A stretch of DNA of 64,000 nucleotides from Candidatus Tetragenococcus pullicola (GCA_019115705.1 DXDB01000177.1:3051-67050), one strand, 5' to 3'. Positions 48,555 to 57,359 are shown, numbered from the stretch's first letter. Program-made: numbers and translations. The notes: generated from the sequence alone by a model not told the origin.

Positions 48555-49925
48555 TTATTCATAATCATTACGAGGTGAGAGGGAGGAAAATTTATTATAT
48601 TCTTTGATAAATAATAACTCAACCGTTCCTCTGGCACCACTACGGTTTTTTTCAATAATGACTTCGACAATGTTATCTCTAGTTGAATCTTCATTATCTT
48701 CGTCGCCATCTCGTTCATAGTAATCATCACGGTACAAAAAGGCTACAATATCGGCATCTTGTTCAATTGAGCCAGATTCGCGAATATCGCTTAATACCGG
48801 ACGTTTGTCTTGACGTTGTTCAACACCACGAGAAAGCTGTGACAAAGCAATGACAGGAACTTTTAATTCTTTGGCTAATTTTTTTAACTGCCGTGAAATT
48901 TCCGAGACCTCTTGTTGTCGACTTTCTCTTCCAGTTCCTTCGATTAATTGTAAATAATCAATTAGAATCAAGCCTAAGTTGCCTTTTTCTTGGGCTAATT
49001 TTCGACAACGGGCGCGAATTTCTGACACTTTGATTCCTGGTGTATCATCTATGTAAATACTTGCTTTAGATAAACTCCCCATGGCAATGATTAAATTACG
49101 CCATTCGTCATCATTTAATTGTCCAGTTCGTAAGTTGCTAGCATCAATAGAGCCTTCTGCGCAAAGCATCCGATTAACCAAAGATTCAGCACCCATTTCA
49201 AGACTAAAGATAGCAACTGTTGAATCGGTTTTAGTCCCAACGTTTTGAGCAATATTTAAAGCAAAAGCAGTTTTTCCCACCGCCGGACGAGCAGCCAAGA
49301 TGAAAAGCTCTTCCTTTTGCAAACCAGCTGTCATTTTATCTAAGGCATGATAACCAGTTGGTAATCCAGTGATTTCTTCATTATTTAAAGAAAGTCGGTC
49401 AATCGTTTCAATGGATCGATTCAACACATCAGCGATTGATTGAAAGCCAGTACTATTTCTTTTTTCAGAAACCTCTAAAATACTTCTTTCAGCATCATCA
49501 ACGATATCTTGAACCGACTCTCCTTGTTCAAATCCTTTCGTCACGATTTTATTAGCTGTTTGGATCAAATTACGCAAAACTGCTTTATCATCAACAATTT
49601 TTGCATAATAAGAAACACTAGCAGAAGTCGGAGTCACTTGACTTAGTTCGGTTAAATAACTGATACCCCCTACGTCTTCTAGGGCGTTTACTTTTTCAAC
49701 TTCTGCCTTCAAGGTAATCAAATCGATGGCTTCATTACGATCGTTCAACTGGATCATACATTGAAAAATAATTTGATGACTACGACGGTAAAAATCTTGT
49801 GGTTCCAAAACCTCCATCGCATCAATGATTGCATCTGAATCAAGGAAAATAGCCCCTAAAACAGCTTGTTCCGCTTCAATATCTTGTGGCGGAACACGAT
49901 CTAATAAAGCTTCATTCATACTCAT
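48555..49925 (-). CDS. dnaB: replicative DNA helicase (DnaB family; DnaC in B. subtilis nomenclature)
   Basis: Walker A ARPAVGKTAF, DnaB N- and C-terminal domains. 456 aa. Confidence 0.97.
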   Translation of the reverse strand: MSMNEALLDRVPPQDIEAEQAVLGAIFLDSDAIIDAMEVLEPQDFYRRSHQIIFQCMIQLNDRNEAIDLITLKAEVEKVNALEDVGGISYLTELSQVTPTSASVSYYAKIVDDKAVLRNLIQTANKIVTKGFEQGESVQDIVDDAERSILEVSEKRNSTGFQSIADVLNRSIETIDRLSLNNEEITGLPTGYHALDKMTAGLQKEELFILAARPAVGKTAFALNIAQNVGTKTDSTVAIFSLEMGAESLVNRMLCAEGSIDASNLRTGQLNDDEWRNLIIAMGSLSKASIYIDDTPGIKVSEIRARCRKLAQEKGNLGLILIDYLQLIEGTGRESRQQEVSEISRQLKKLAKELKVPVIALSQLSRGVEQRQDKRPVLSDIRESGSIEQDADIVAFLYRDDYYERDGDEDNEDSTRDNIVEVIIEKNRSGARGTVELLFIKEYNKFSSLSPRNDYE

Positions 49926-49974
49926 TTCTCCTAATTAAAATAAAGACCAAAATCAAAAGAAAATTCTTTTGATT

Positions 49975-50427
49975 TTATTCTTCAACAACATGCACTCGAA
50001 TTTTTGCCGATACTTCCGGGTGAAGTTTCACCGCAACATTGGCATAGCCTAACGCACGAAGCGGTTCTTTTAAATCAACTTTACGTTTATCTACTTTTAA
50101 ACCATATTGTTTTTTCAGCGCCTCGGTGATTTGCTTTGAAGGAATCGAACCAAATAAACGACCATCTTCACCAGCTTTTGCTTTGATTTCAACTACTGTA
50201 TCTTCTTTTTCTAGGGTTTCCTTTAACTCAATAGCCTCTTGCAAATGCTCTGCTTCTTGTTTTTCTTGTGCTTTTTTCTTTCCCTTTAAAGCAGCAACAT
50301 TTCCTTTATTAGCCTCAGTTGCTAAATTATTTTTTAACAAATAATTTTGTGCATAACCAGTTGGGACTTCTTTTACATCCCCTTTTTTTCCTTTTCCTTT
50401 CACATCTTGTAAGAAAATAACTTTCAT
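49975..50427 (-). CDS. rplI: 50S ribosomal protein L9
   Basis: [22 protein letters not shown]-terminus. 150 aa. Confidence 0.97.
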   Translation of the reverse strand: MKVIFLQDVKGKGKKGDVKEVPTGYAQNYLLKNNLATEANKGNVAALKGKKKAQEKQEAEHLQEAIELKETLEKEDTVVEIKAKAGEDGRLFGSIPSKQITEALKKQYGLKVDKRKVDLKEPLRALGYANVAVKLHPEVSAKIRVHVVEE

Positions 50428-50433
50428 AATAAT

Positions 50434-51885
50434 TCACTCCTCATCTAATTTACGTAGTTCTTTGATTAATATATCGCGAACTTTATCAATATTTTGTCCT
50501 TTAAATTGAGCTGCAGCCGTACTGAAATGGCCACCACCACCTAATTCTTCCATAATCGTTTGTACATTGATTTTACCTGAACTCCGTGCATTAATTCCAA
50601 TAACATTTTCTGGCTGTTTTGTAATAACAAAAGCTGCCTGTATGTCATTCATCGAAAGCAGGGTGTCAGCCGCTTTAGCAGCTGTTACATTATCATAGAT
50701 TTCATCTTCACTAGAAATCGCGATTACTGTATCTTGGGTCACATGTTCACCTCTTGAAACCAACTCACTCATCTGCAAGTAAGAATGCAAATCAGTACTC
50801 AATAAATAATGGACTAAGGCTAAATCCGCCCCATGATTTCGCAAATAGCTAGCGATAAAAAAGGTCTGAGCTGTCGTTTTTGAAGCAAAACTTTTTGTAT
50901 CAACATAAATTCCTGCTAAAAGCATGGTTGCCACAAATTTTTCTAACGAGTTTTTCCGATTGGTTTGATATTGAATCAATTCAGCTACTAATTCAGACGC
51001 CGAAGAAGCACCTGGCTCAATATAAGTAAGTAACGGTCGATTCGGAAATTCATCTCCTCTTCTATGGTGATCGATGACTATGATTTTATCAACAGTCTCA
51101 AAAACTTTTTGTGAAATAGATAATGATGGTCGATGATAATCTACCATCACAAGGACACTCTTTTGGTTTATCTTTTTAAGGGCTTCTTCTTCAGAAATGA
51201 CTAATTTTTCTAACTCGGAATATTTTTCTATCTCCGTTAAACATCTTTCAATATCTTCAGTGACTTCCTCACGATTAATAACAACATAACAATCTTTTTT
51301 GTTAAATCGTGCCAAAGTGGCTACACCAAAAGCTGATCCAATGGCGTCCATATCTGGAAAACGATGTCCCATTATAAATACTTGTTCATTTTCTAAAAAG
51401 ATTCGTTTTAAAGCGGTGCTCATGGCACGTGAGCGAGTTCTGGTCCGTTTGATTGTTCCTTCCGTCGTTCCACCATAAAACTGCACCTTTGCTTGTGGAT
51501 CAGAATCTTTTAAAACAACCTGATCGCCACCACGAGCTAAGGCCATATCTAAATTACTTTGGGCAATTTCTCCAATTTTAGCCATTGAAGCATTCCCATA
51601 AGCAATCCCCATACTTGCTGTCATCAATAATTCACTATTGATATCGGCATCTTTGACTTGTTGAAGAAGCTTGAATTTTTGTTCTTTCATACGATTCAAA
51701 TCTTCTGTTTTACCAACAAAAAAATACCGATCCGCTTCGATTCGCTTATAAAAAATACCATTCTCATTCGCCCAATCAGAGATTAGTGTTGTGACCAAGG
51801 TATTCAAATAAGAAGTTTGTTTGTCGTCCATTTTATCAACGATATCATCATAATTATCTAAAGTTATCATACCAATTGCTGTCAT
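50434..51885 (-). CDS. gdpP: GdpP-type c-di-AMP phosphodiesterase lacking the TM and PAS N-terminal region (GGDEF-like plus DHH/DHHA1 only)
   Basis: It begins at IGMITLDNYDD (the start of the degenerate GGDEF domain) and carries DHH (VIDHHRR) and DHHA1 (GGGGH) motifs. Position upstream of rplI-dnaB is conserved. AAAGGAG SD lies 7 nt before ATG 51885. Confidence 0.8.
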   Translation of the reverse strand: MTAIGMITLDNYDDIVDKMDDKQTSYLNTLVTTLISDWANENGIFYKRIEADRYFFVGKTEDLNRMKEQKFKLLQQVKDADINSELLMTASMGIAYGNASMAKIGEIAQSNLDMALARGGDQVVLKDSDPQAKVQFYGGTTEGTIKRTRTRSRAMSTALKRIFLENEQVFIMGHRFPDMDAIGSAFGVATLARFNKKDCYVVINREEVTEDIERCLTEIEKYSELEKLVISEEEALKKINQKSVLVMVDYHRPSLSISQKVFETVDKIIVIDHHRRGDEFPNRPLLTYIEPGASSASELVAELIQYQTNRKNSLEKFVATMLLAGIYVDTKSFASKTTAQTFFIASYLRNHGADLALVHYLLSTDLHSYLQMSELVSRGEHVTQDTVIAISSEDEIYDNVTAAKAADTLLSMNDIQAAFVITKQPENVIGINARSSGKINVQTIMEELGGGGHFSTAAAQFKGQNIDKVRDILIKELRKLDEE

Positions 51886-51994
51886 ATTGCTACTCCTTTT
51901 GAGGTAATCGAAAGCAGTTTGTTTCATCAAACTTCTTTTCTAGTTTACCACAAAATTGACTTTTACGCGATGATTAGTGCCAAACTCATGACAA

Positions 51995-52010
51995 CGTTTC
52001 ACGTGAAACA
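51995..52010. other. parS site
   Basis: CGTTTCACGTGAAACA has one mismatch (position 1) to TGTTNCACGTGAAACA. Intergenic. Confidence 0.7.
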
Positions 52011-52216
52011 ATATCGATGATGAAAAGTTTTCAAAACTATTGTTAAAATCCCCACGGCCTTATTTTTTTATTGCTCAAACAATTCAACAATGCAATTAGT
52101 TGCAAGTCTTCTTATTCAGCAAACCCTACCGATAATATTTACGCAAAACTAGCAAATAAGTATTTAACGGGATCAAAAAAATGTATCAGATTACTCTATG
52201 ACTATTCTCTCTAAAA

Positions 52217-52260
52217 TTTGAATAAACCACACATGTTTTTTTAGGTGTGGTTTATTCAAA
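52217..52260. terminator. 16-bp perfect inverted repeat (terminator-like hairpin)
   Basis: TTTGAATAAACCACAC, 12 nt, GTGTGGTTTATTCAAA. On the minus strand it is followed by ATTTT, about 150 nt downstream of the ABC fragment. Confidence 0.4.
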
Positions 52261-52413
52261 TCTATCCAAGTTGATATTGGCGAATTTGACTATATTCATT
52301 TTCTTTTTCTTCTTCAGCTTACAAATGTCTCTATCATTTTGTAAGATTAAAAATATCAACTGTTCTTTCATAAATTTTTCAGGATAAACTGTTAATAAAA
52401 ACAGCGAATAAAT

Positions 52414-53013
52414 TTACTCAAATATCACTACTTGATCGAATAGCTCTTTTTGTTTTTCATTTAAATGATGTGTGATTGTTACATAAGTCAATCTGTCCTG
52501 GTTTAGAATTGCAGTTTCGATTTCTTGAGCATTTTTAGCATCGAGATTAGCCGTTGCCTCATCAAAAATAAGAACGTGACGATTGCGAATAAATGCTCTG
52601 GCCAGACCAACTCGCTGTTTTTGTCCAGCTGATAGTTCTTTTTCAGAAATTGGTGTATAAAGACGGTTCTTTAGTTCACCTAAATGAGCAGCTTCTAATG
52701 CTTGTGCTAATTCTTCTTCACTAAAATTCTCCCATAGCGTAATATTATTAGCTAAAGTATCCGTATAGATGTGGACATTGTTTCCAATGAAAGAAACTTG
52801 ATCGATGATTTGATTTTCATCGAGTGTTTTGATTTCATGATTATTAAAGGTAACACTACCTTCGTATTGTTTTAAATTTCCCAAGATCATCTGAATCAAG
52901 GTCGATTTTCCACTTCCTGAAGTGCCTACAATTGCATATTTTTTTCCTTGTTCAATTTCTAAATTAAAATTACTGAAAATTTTCTTCTCACCAAATAAGA
53001 AATTTAACTGATG
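52414..53013 (-). pseudogene. ABC exporter fragment: nucleotide-binding domain only, TMD missing
   Basis: The open frame from 53013 reads ..FLFGEKKIFSNFNLEIEQGKKYAIVGTSGSGKSTLIQMILG.., with LSAGQKQR and VLIFDEAT motifs. A TGA stop lies immediately upstream, there is no start or SD, and no membrane domain. Confidence 0.6.
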
Positions 53014-53298
53014 TCATATAAGAAATAAATTACATCAAACTGCGCCTTTTTTAGACTATTTGCCATTTGAATTTTCCATAGCCCATTAATCCATTTGTGA
53101 TTGCCTTCTGGAATTTCAACATTTAACACTTTCTAATGACTTTTTTAACTGTACAAATTTTTGGAATGCTTAAATCATAAATTCTTAACGTTTTCACCGG
53201 TTATATTTGAAGCAACAATTGAATTTTTTAATAAAAATATGAGAAACTTTGAAAAAGTGTGATAAATCACAGAACTCCCTGTGACAAATTTTCATAAC

Positions 53299-54252
53299 TC
53301 ATTTATCTTTCTTTTCGTCAACCAAAGCCGCTAACAATTTTTGATTGCGATAGTCGATCAATTCTTGTCCTTTTTCACCTTGCCAATCATAAAAGCCTTG
53401 TCCAGATTTTTGACCAAAATGTCCTTCTTTGACTTTTTGAACCAATAAGGCGTTTTCACCGACTTCATTACTGATTTCTGTTGTTAAATAAGTAATAATC
53501 GTATTGAAAACGTCCAATCCACCAAGATCTGCACTCATGACTGGGCCTAAGATACTCCAACGCAAGCCTAAACTATATTTCACGATGTCATCGATTGTTT
53601 CTGGAGTAGCAATGCCTTGTTGCATAATGGAGAGACATTCACGAATCACGGCTGCTTGAATTCGATTGCCGACAAAACCGGGTGCTTCTTTTTGTAAAGC
53701 TACCGCATGTTTACCGATATGATTCATCAAATCGACGGTCGTTTGAACTACCGCCGAATTGGTTTTTTCAGCTGGTACAACTTCGACTAAAGGCATTAAA
53801 TGAGCAGGATTATAGAAATGGGCCACTAAAAAGCGCTCTGGTTTTTCTAAAAATTTCGCGATTTTGGTTGGACTCAATCCCGAGGTATTAGTGGCTAAAA
53901 TCGTTTCTGGTCCAACCAATTTTTCAACTTTTTGCCACACTTCTTTTTTAACAGCTAAATTTTCTACAATCGATTCGATAACAAAATCTGCCTCTTCCAA
54001 TCCTTCTTCATAACTTACTGTAGGATGGATATTAGCAATGATACCATCGACCTCTTCTGCTTTGACTAATCCCACTTTGACATAAGATGATAAATCTTCA
54101 CGCATCCGCGCGATTCCTTCTTGTAAAACGTCAACGCTAGTATCAAGTAGGTTAACTGAATACCCTTTCAAAGCAAACTGCAAAGCTGTTGCATGTCCCA
54201 TTGTTCCGGCACCAATATTGGCAATAGTTTTAATAGATTCAAGTTCCATCAT
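53299..54252 (-). CDS. 3-hydroxyacyl-CoA dehydrogenase-family NAD-dependent oxidoreductase
   Basis: IANIGAGTMGHATA Rossmann motif, TNTSGL and FYNPAHLMPLVEVV motifs, plus the C-terminal 3HCDH domain. AAAGGAG SD. Confidence 0.85.
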   Translation of the reverse strand: MMELESIKTIANIGAGTMGHATALQFALKGYSVNLLDTSVDVLQEGIARMREDLSSYVKVGLVKAEEVDGIIANIHPTVSYEEGLEEADFVIESIVENLAVKKEVWQKVEKLVGPETILATNTSGLSPTKIAKFLEKPERFLVAHFYNPAHLMPLVEVVPAEKTNSAVVQTTVDLMNHIGKHAVALQKEAPGFVGNRIQAAVIRECLSIMQQGIATPETIDDIVKYSLGLRWSILGPVMSADLGGLDVFNTIITYLTTEISNEVGENALLVQKVKEGHFGQKSGQGFYDWQGEKGQELIDYRNQKLLAALVDEKKDK

Positions 54253-54463
54253 AATCGCTCCTTTGTGAAATTATGTTCAACTATAGTTTAATCCCACTTG
54301 CAAAAAATTACAATGATTTTATTTACAAACTCATGATACCATTTCACGTGAGACTTTGTTTTGATAATAAAAAATGATTGGATCGTCAAAAATCCATTTT
54401 AAGCTGTTTTCATTTTTAAAGCATTAATATGAGGTTTTTAGATGATGAAAATTAATTTTTGGT

Positions 54464-54519
54464 CTTGAAATCATGGCTCTGGCCGGTCCCACGGTTGACA
54501 ATAGCAGACACATTCGTGT
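54464..54519. repeat. conserved non-coding element, copy B (core 54489-54519)
   Basis: Core CCACGGTTGACAATAGCAGACACATTCGTGT is 28/31 identical to 25697-25727, in the same orientation. Confidence 0.7.
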
Positions 54520-54633
54520 AGTGAAGTGGTATTTAGCAAATTTAGCCATAATTGTAACAAATTCAGCGATATCTTGATGAATATTTTGTCATATTTTATT
54601 GACTTTCTTACGGTTTTTATCTTCTAAATACAG

Positions 54634-54903
54634 TTATACTCGCAAAAAACTTATGAAAACTAAGCATCCACTCACTCCTAGCAACAACATATCAAAAGTT
54701 GTTGCTTGTATCAACATTTCATCTGCCAAATACCCATTCAAAAAACCTAACAAAATAACGATGCCGCCACTGAAAAAACTGAGGACATACAGTGCTACTT
54801 TTTGCGAAATTTTTCTTTAGTTTTGACTCGTGAAAAGCAAGTAAACATATAGAAACTGGCTAATCATTACAAAAATTAATAATAACAGATAAATTGTATG
54901 CAT
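54634..54903 (-). pseudogene. small polytopic membrane protein gene interrupted by an in-frame TAA
   Basis: MHTIYLLLLIFVMISQFLYVYLLFTSQN, TAA (54817-54819), then in the same frame RKISQKVALYVLSFFSGGIVILLGFLNGYLADEMLIQATTFDMLLLGVSGCLVFISFLRV*. Confidence 0.3.
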
Positions 54904-54971
54904 ATTATTTTTTACTCCTTTGCTTATTTTTGATAAAATACAGAAACAGACTAAAACTGGAGTGATCTTCA

Positions 54972-55148
54972 ATGCATTATCAACAATACAAATTGCTAGC
55001 AAACATTGGGATTATCCTTGTTTGTATTCTTTTTCTCGTGTCACTTTTTATCTTTCCGGACTGGCGTTCATTTGAAAAAGGAGTGCAATGGTTGGCTGTT
55101 TTTGTTGCCCTTTTTAATTTATTCGTTACTATCAAATTCAAAAAATAA
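54972..55148 (+). CDS. hypothetical 58-aa two-TM membrane protein (below the ORF-track size cut-off)
   Basis: MHYQQYKLLANIGIILVCILFLVSLFIFPDWRSFEKGVQWLAVFVALFNLFVTIKFKK*. GGAG lies 9 nt upstream and a terminator follows at 55189-55225. Confidence 0.35.
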   Translation: MHYQQYKLLANIGIILVCILFLVSLFIFPDWRSFEKGVQWLAVFVALFNLFVTIKFKK

Positions 55149-55188
55149 TTAATCACATTGTTAATTTTTTTCTTTACTATAGCATAAG

Positions 55189-55225
55189 AAAAAAGTGAGG
55201 CCAATCAATAACCTCACCTTTTTTC
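55189..55225. terminator. bidirectional intrinsic terminator
   Basis: AAAAAAGTGAGG, 11 nt, CCTCACCTTTTTT. It overlaps the stop of ORF 55214-55528. Confidence 0.75.
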
Positions 55226-55528
55226 TTCTTCTATAAAGCCACGCCGGTTCATTTCTTCTTGATAAAGTTGATAGAGGTTTTCCACATGCTCACGATATAT
55301 CTTGTAGTACAATCCTCCACTGATATACCAAGACAAAAACTTGTTATTGCGATTATTTCGAGCATTTTTATACCTTTTTCGTAACTTTTTCTCTGACAAA
55401 GTCAATAATTTCTTACTTTCACGAGTAATGGTTGAACGATAGGCTTTTTTAAGTACAAAACGAAAGAAAAAGAAAAAAATTACTAGAACAACAAGCAGTT
55501 GAACCAAAAATTTTTGATCTGCATTCAT
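55214..55528 (-). CDS. hypothetical membrane-anchored basic protein (104 aa)
   Basis: AGGAGG SD. An N-terminal TM helix (LLVVLVIFFFFFRFVL) is followed by a K/R/N-rich soluble domain. No family recognised. Confidence 0.55.
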   Translation of the reverse strand: MNADQKFLVQLLVVLVIFFFFFRFVLKKAYRSTITRESKKLLTLSEKKLRKRYKNARNNRNNKFLSWYISGGLYYKIYREHVENLYQLYQEEMNRRGFIEEEKR

Positions 55529-55602
55529 CTGGACTCCTCCTTTTTCTTAGTATAAAGAAGGTACTTGTCAGAGTAAATATTTATGCTTAGATAGACAAAA
55601 TT

Positions 55603-55645
55603 AAAAAGCCTGCTAAACAGATTTCTCTGTCAAACAGGCTTTGTT
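55603..55645 (-). terminator. intrinsic terminator after rpsR
   Basis: Minus strand AGCCTGTTTGACAG, 6 nt, CTGTTTAGCAGGCT plus TTTTT. Confidence 0.75.
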
Positions 55646-55652
55646 AGGTTTA

Positions 55653-55892
55653 TTAACTTTCTTCACTTACAAATGGAAGTAATCCCATGATACGTGCACG
55701 TTTTACTGCTGCAGTAACTTTACGTTGGTTTTTAGCACTTGTACCAGTTACACGGCGTGGTAAAATTTTTCCACGTTCAGAAATAAATCTTTTTAATAAA
55801 TCAATATCTTTGTAGTCTACATATTCGATATGGTTTGCTGCTAGATAGTCGACTTTACGACGTCTGCGGCCGCCTCTTCTTTGTTGAGCCAT
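55653..55892 (-). CDS. rpsR: 30S ribosomal protein S18
   Basis: 79 aa: [12 protein letters not shown]...[17 protein letters not shown]. Confidence 0.97.
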   Translation of the reverse strand: MAQQRRGGRRRRKVDYLAANHIEYVDYKDIDLLKRFISERGKILPRRVTGTSAKNQRKVTAAVKRARIMGLLPFVSEES

Positions 55893-55915
55893 CCTATTTC
55901 CCTCCTATCAATTTC

Positions 55916-56440
55916 TTAGAATGGTAAATCATCATCTGAAATGTCGATCGACGAACTTCCAAATGGATCTGAATCGTCACGATCGAAATTTGGTTTTCCG
56001 TTTGAGGATTGAGATGATCGATTTTGGTTGTAGTTATTTCCTTGATTATTTGTATTCGATGGCCTTGAACCATAGTCATTTCCATCACTGGAACGACGTT
56101 GTTCACTAGCTGCACGAGATTCTAATAATTGGAAATTTTCAGCTACAACTTCGGTGACATAAACTCGTTGACCTTGTTGGTTTTCATAATTTCGCGTCTG
56201 AATTCTTCCGGTAACTCCTAATAATGTTCCTTTACGAGCCATGTTGGCCATGTTTTCAGCTGCTTTTCTCCATAAGACACAATTGATAAAATCAGCATCT
56301 CTTTCTCCACTCTGGTTTGTAAAGTTACGATTGATTGCTAAAGTAAAAGTAGCTACAGCAGTCCCATTTGATGTATAACGTAAATCCGGATCTTTTGTTA
56401 ATCTACCAACTAATACAACATTGTTAATCAAATTCACCAT
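55916..56440 (-). CDS. ssb: single-stranded DNA-binding protein
   Basis: OB-fold N-terminus [18 protein letters not shown] and C-terminal DDDLPF tail. Confidence 0.97.
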   Translation of the reverse strand: MVNLINNVVLVGRLTKDPDLRYTSNGTAVATFTLAINRNFTNQSGERDADFINCVLWRKAAENMANMARKGTLLGVTGRIQTRNYENQQGQRVYVTEVVAENFQLLESRAASEQRRSSDGNDYGSRPSNTNNQGNNYNQNRSSQSSNGKPNFDRDDSDPFGSSSIDISDDDLPF

Positions 56441-56454
56441 CTCCTCATCGTTAT

Positions 56455-56470
56455 TGTTTCACGTGAAACA
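56455..56470. other. parS site in the 32-bp rpsF-ssb spacer
   Basis: TGTTTCACGTGAAACA is an exact consensus match and a perfect palindrome. Confidence 0.8.
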
Positions 56471-56472
56471 GA

Positions 56473-56772
56473 CTATTCTCCTTCTTTTACGATCATGTGA
56501 CGAATAATGTCGTTACTGATTTTAGCAAGACGATCAAATTCGCTGACAGCACCTGCTGTTGATGGAGAAGAAACTTTAACGATGTGATAGATACCTTCAC
56601 GGAATCCATTCATTTCATACGCAAAGCGGCGTTTTTCCCAATCTTTTGATTCGACTACTTCACCACCATTATCTTTGATGATGTTGTCAAAACGTTCGAT
56701 TAAAGATGCCTTTGCTTCTTCATCAATGTTTGGACGAATAATGTATAAAATTTCATACTTCGTGTTTTCCAT
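56473..56772 (-). CDS. rpsF: 30S ribosomal protein S6
   Basis: 99 aa: [16 protein letters not shown].... Confidence 0.97.
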   Translation of the reverse strand: MENTKYEILYIIRPNIDEEAKASLIERFDNIIKDNGGEVVESKDWEKRRFAYEMNGFREGIYHIVKVSSPSTAGAVSEFDRLAKISNDIIRHMIVKEGE

Positions 56773-57056
56773 TGATTTTCACCTCCCTGTGGACTTTGGC
56801 CCCTATTTTTATAGGAGCAAGGAGAGTTGTCATTTCGACTACTCACAAAGAGTGATTATACACGTTTTTTATTGTCTGTGCAAGCCCGACTAATCGTTTG
56901 GAAGCAAAAAGTTGTCTCCCTCTATAAAGTACACCAAATTTATCCTTAGCTTTTTTATTTTTTCATTATTTTTTCTTTTATATATCTTCTTACAAACTAT
57001 GGTATTATTTTAGGGAAAGCTAGAATTTCTTTCGATTAAAAAGGGAGTTGAAAAAG

Positions 57057-57359
57057 ATGAATAATTCATATTTTGATGGCGGGTTGTTAAATTATATAGG
57101 TACAGCTATCCTAGCGGGCTTAATTACTGGCCTAACTTTTGGTATCTGTGCACCTTGGGGAATCTGCATGATGTACAATTGGAAAATAAAACATACTGTC
57201 ATCAACGGAAGAAGATTGTATTTTGATGGAACTGCTATGCAATTATTTGGTAATTGGATCAAATGGCTCTTACTAATCATCATTACTTTAGGTATTTATG
57301 GTTTTTGGGTGAATATTAAGTTAGAGCAATGGAAAGTCAAACATACTCATGTGCTCTGA
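57057..57359 (+). CDS. DUF898/YjgN-like small membrane protein
   Basis: SYFDGGLLNYIGTAIL...CAPW...INGRRLYFDGT...ITLGIYGFW pattern. Start at ATG 57057 (GGGAG 9 nt upstream). Confidence 0.65.
   Translation: MNNSYFDGGLLNYIGTAILAGLITGLTFGICAPWGICMMYNWKIKHTVINGRRLYFDGTAMQLFGNWIKWLLLIIITLGIYGFWVNIKLEQWKVKHTHVL

Noticed and set aside
52996-53298. Minus-strand peptide KVLNVEIPEGNHKWINGLWKIQMANSLKKAQFDVIYFLYDIS as a transposase or other gene fragment.
   Set aside because: I could not assign it to any family from memory. It is short, bounded by stops and lacks a start, so it is recorded only as debris within the replacement segment.
54340-54355. Possible fourth parS (CATTTCACGTGAGACT).
   Set aside because: It has four mismatches to the 16-bp consensus. 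Only the central TTTCACGTGA is retained, so it is likely non-functional or a decayed site.
54599-54820. Plus-strand 73-aa ORF.
   Set aside because: The opposite strand in the same interval gives a far more protein-like hydrophobic reading frame, continuous (apart from one TAA) with ORF 54817-55002.
54980-55204. Minus-strand 74-aa ORF.
   Set aside because: The plus-strand 58-aa two-TM ORF (54972-55148), with an SD and a following terminator, is more plausible. The minus ORF has no SD and a non-protein-like composition.
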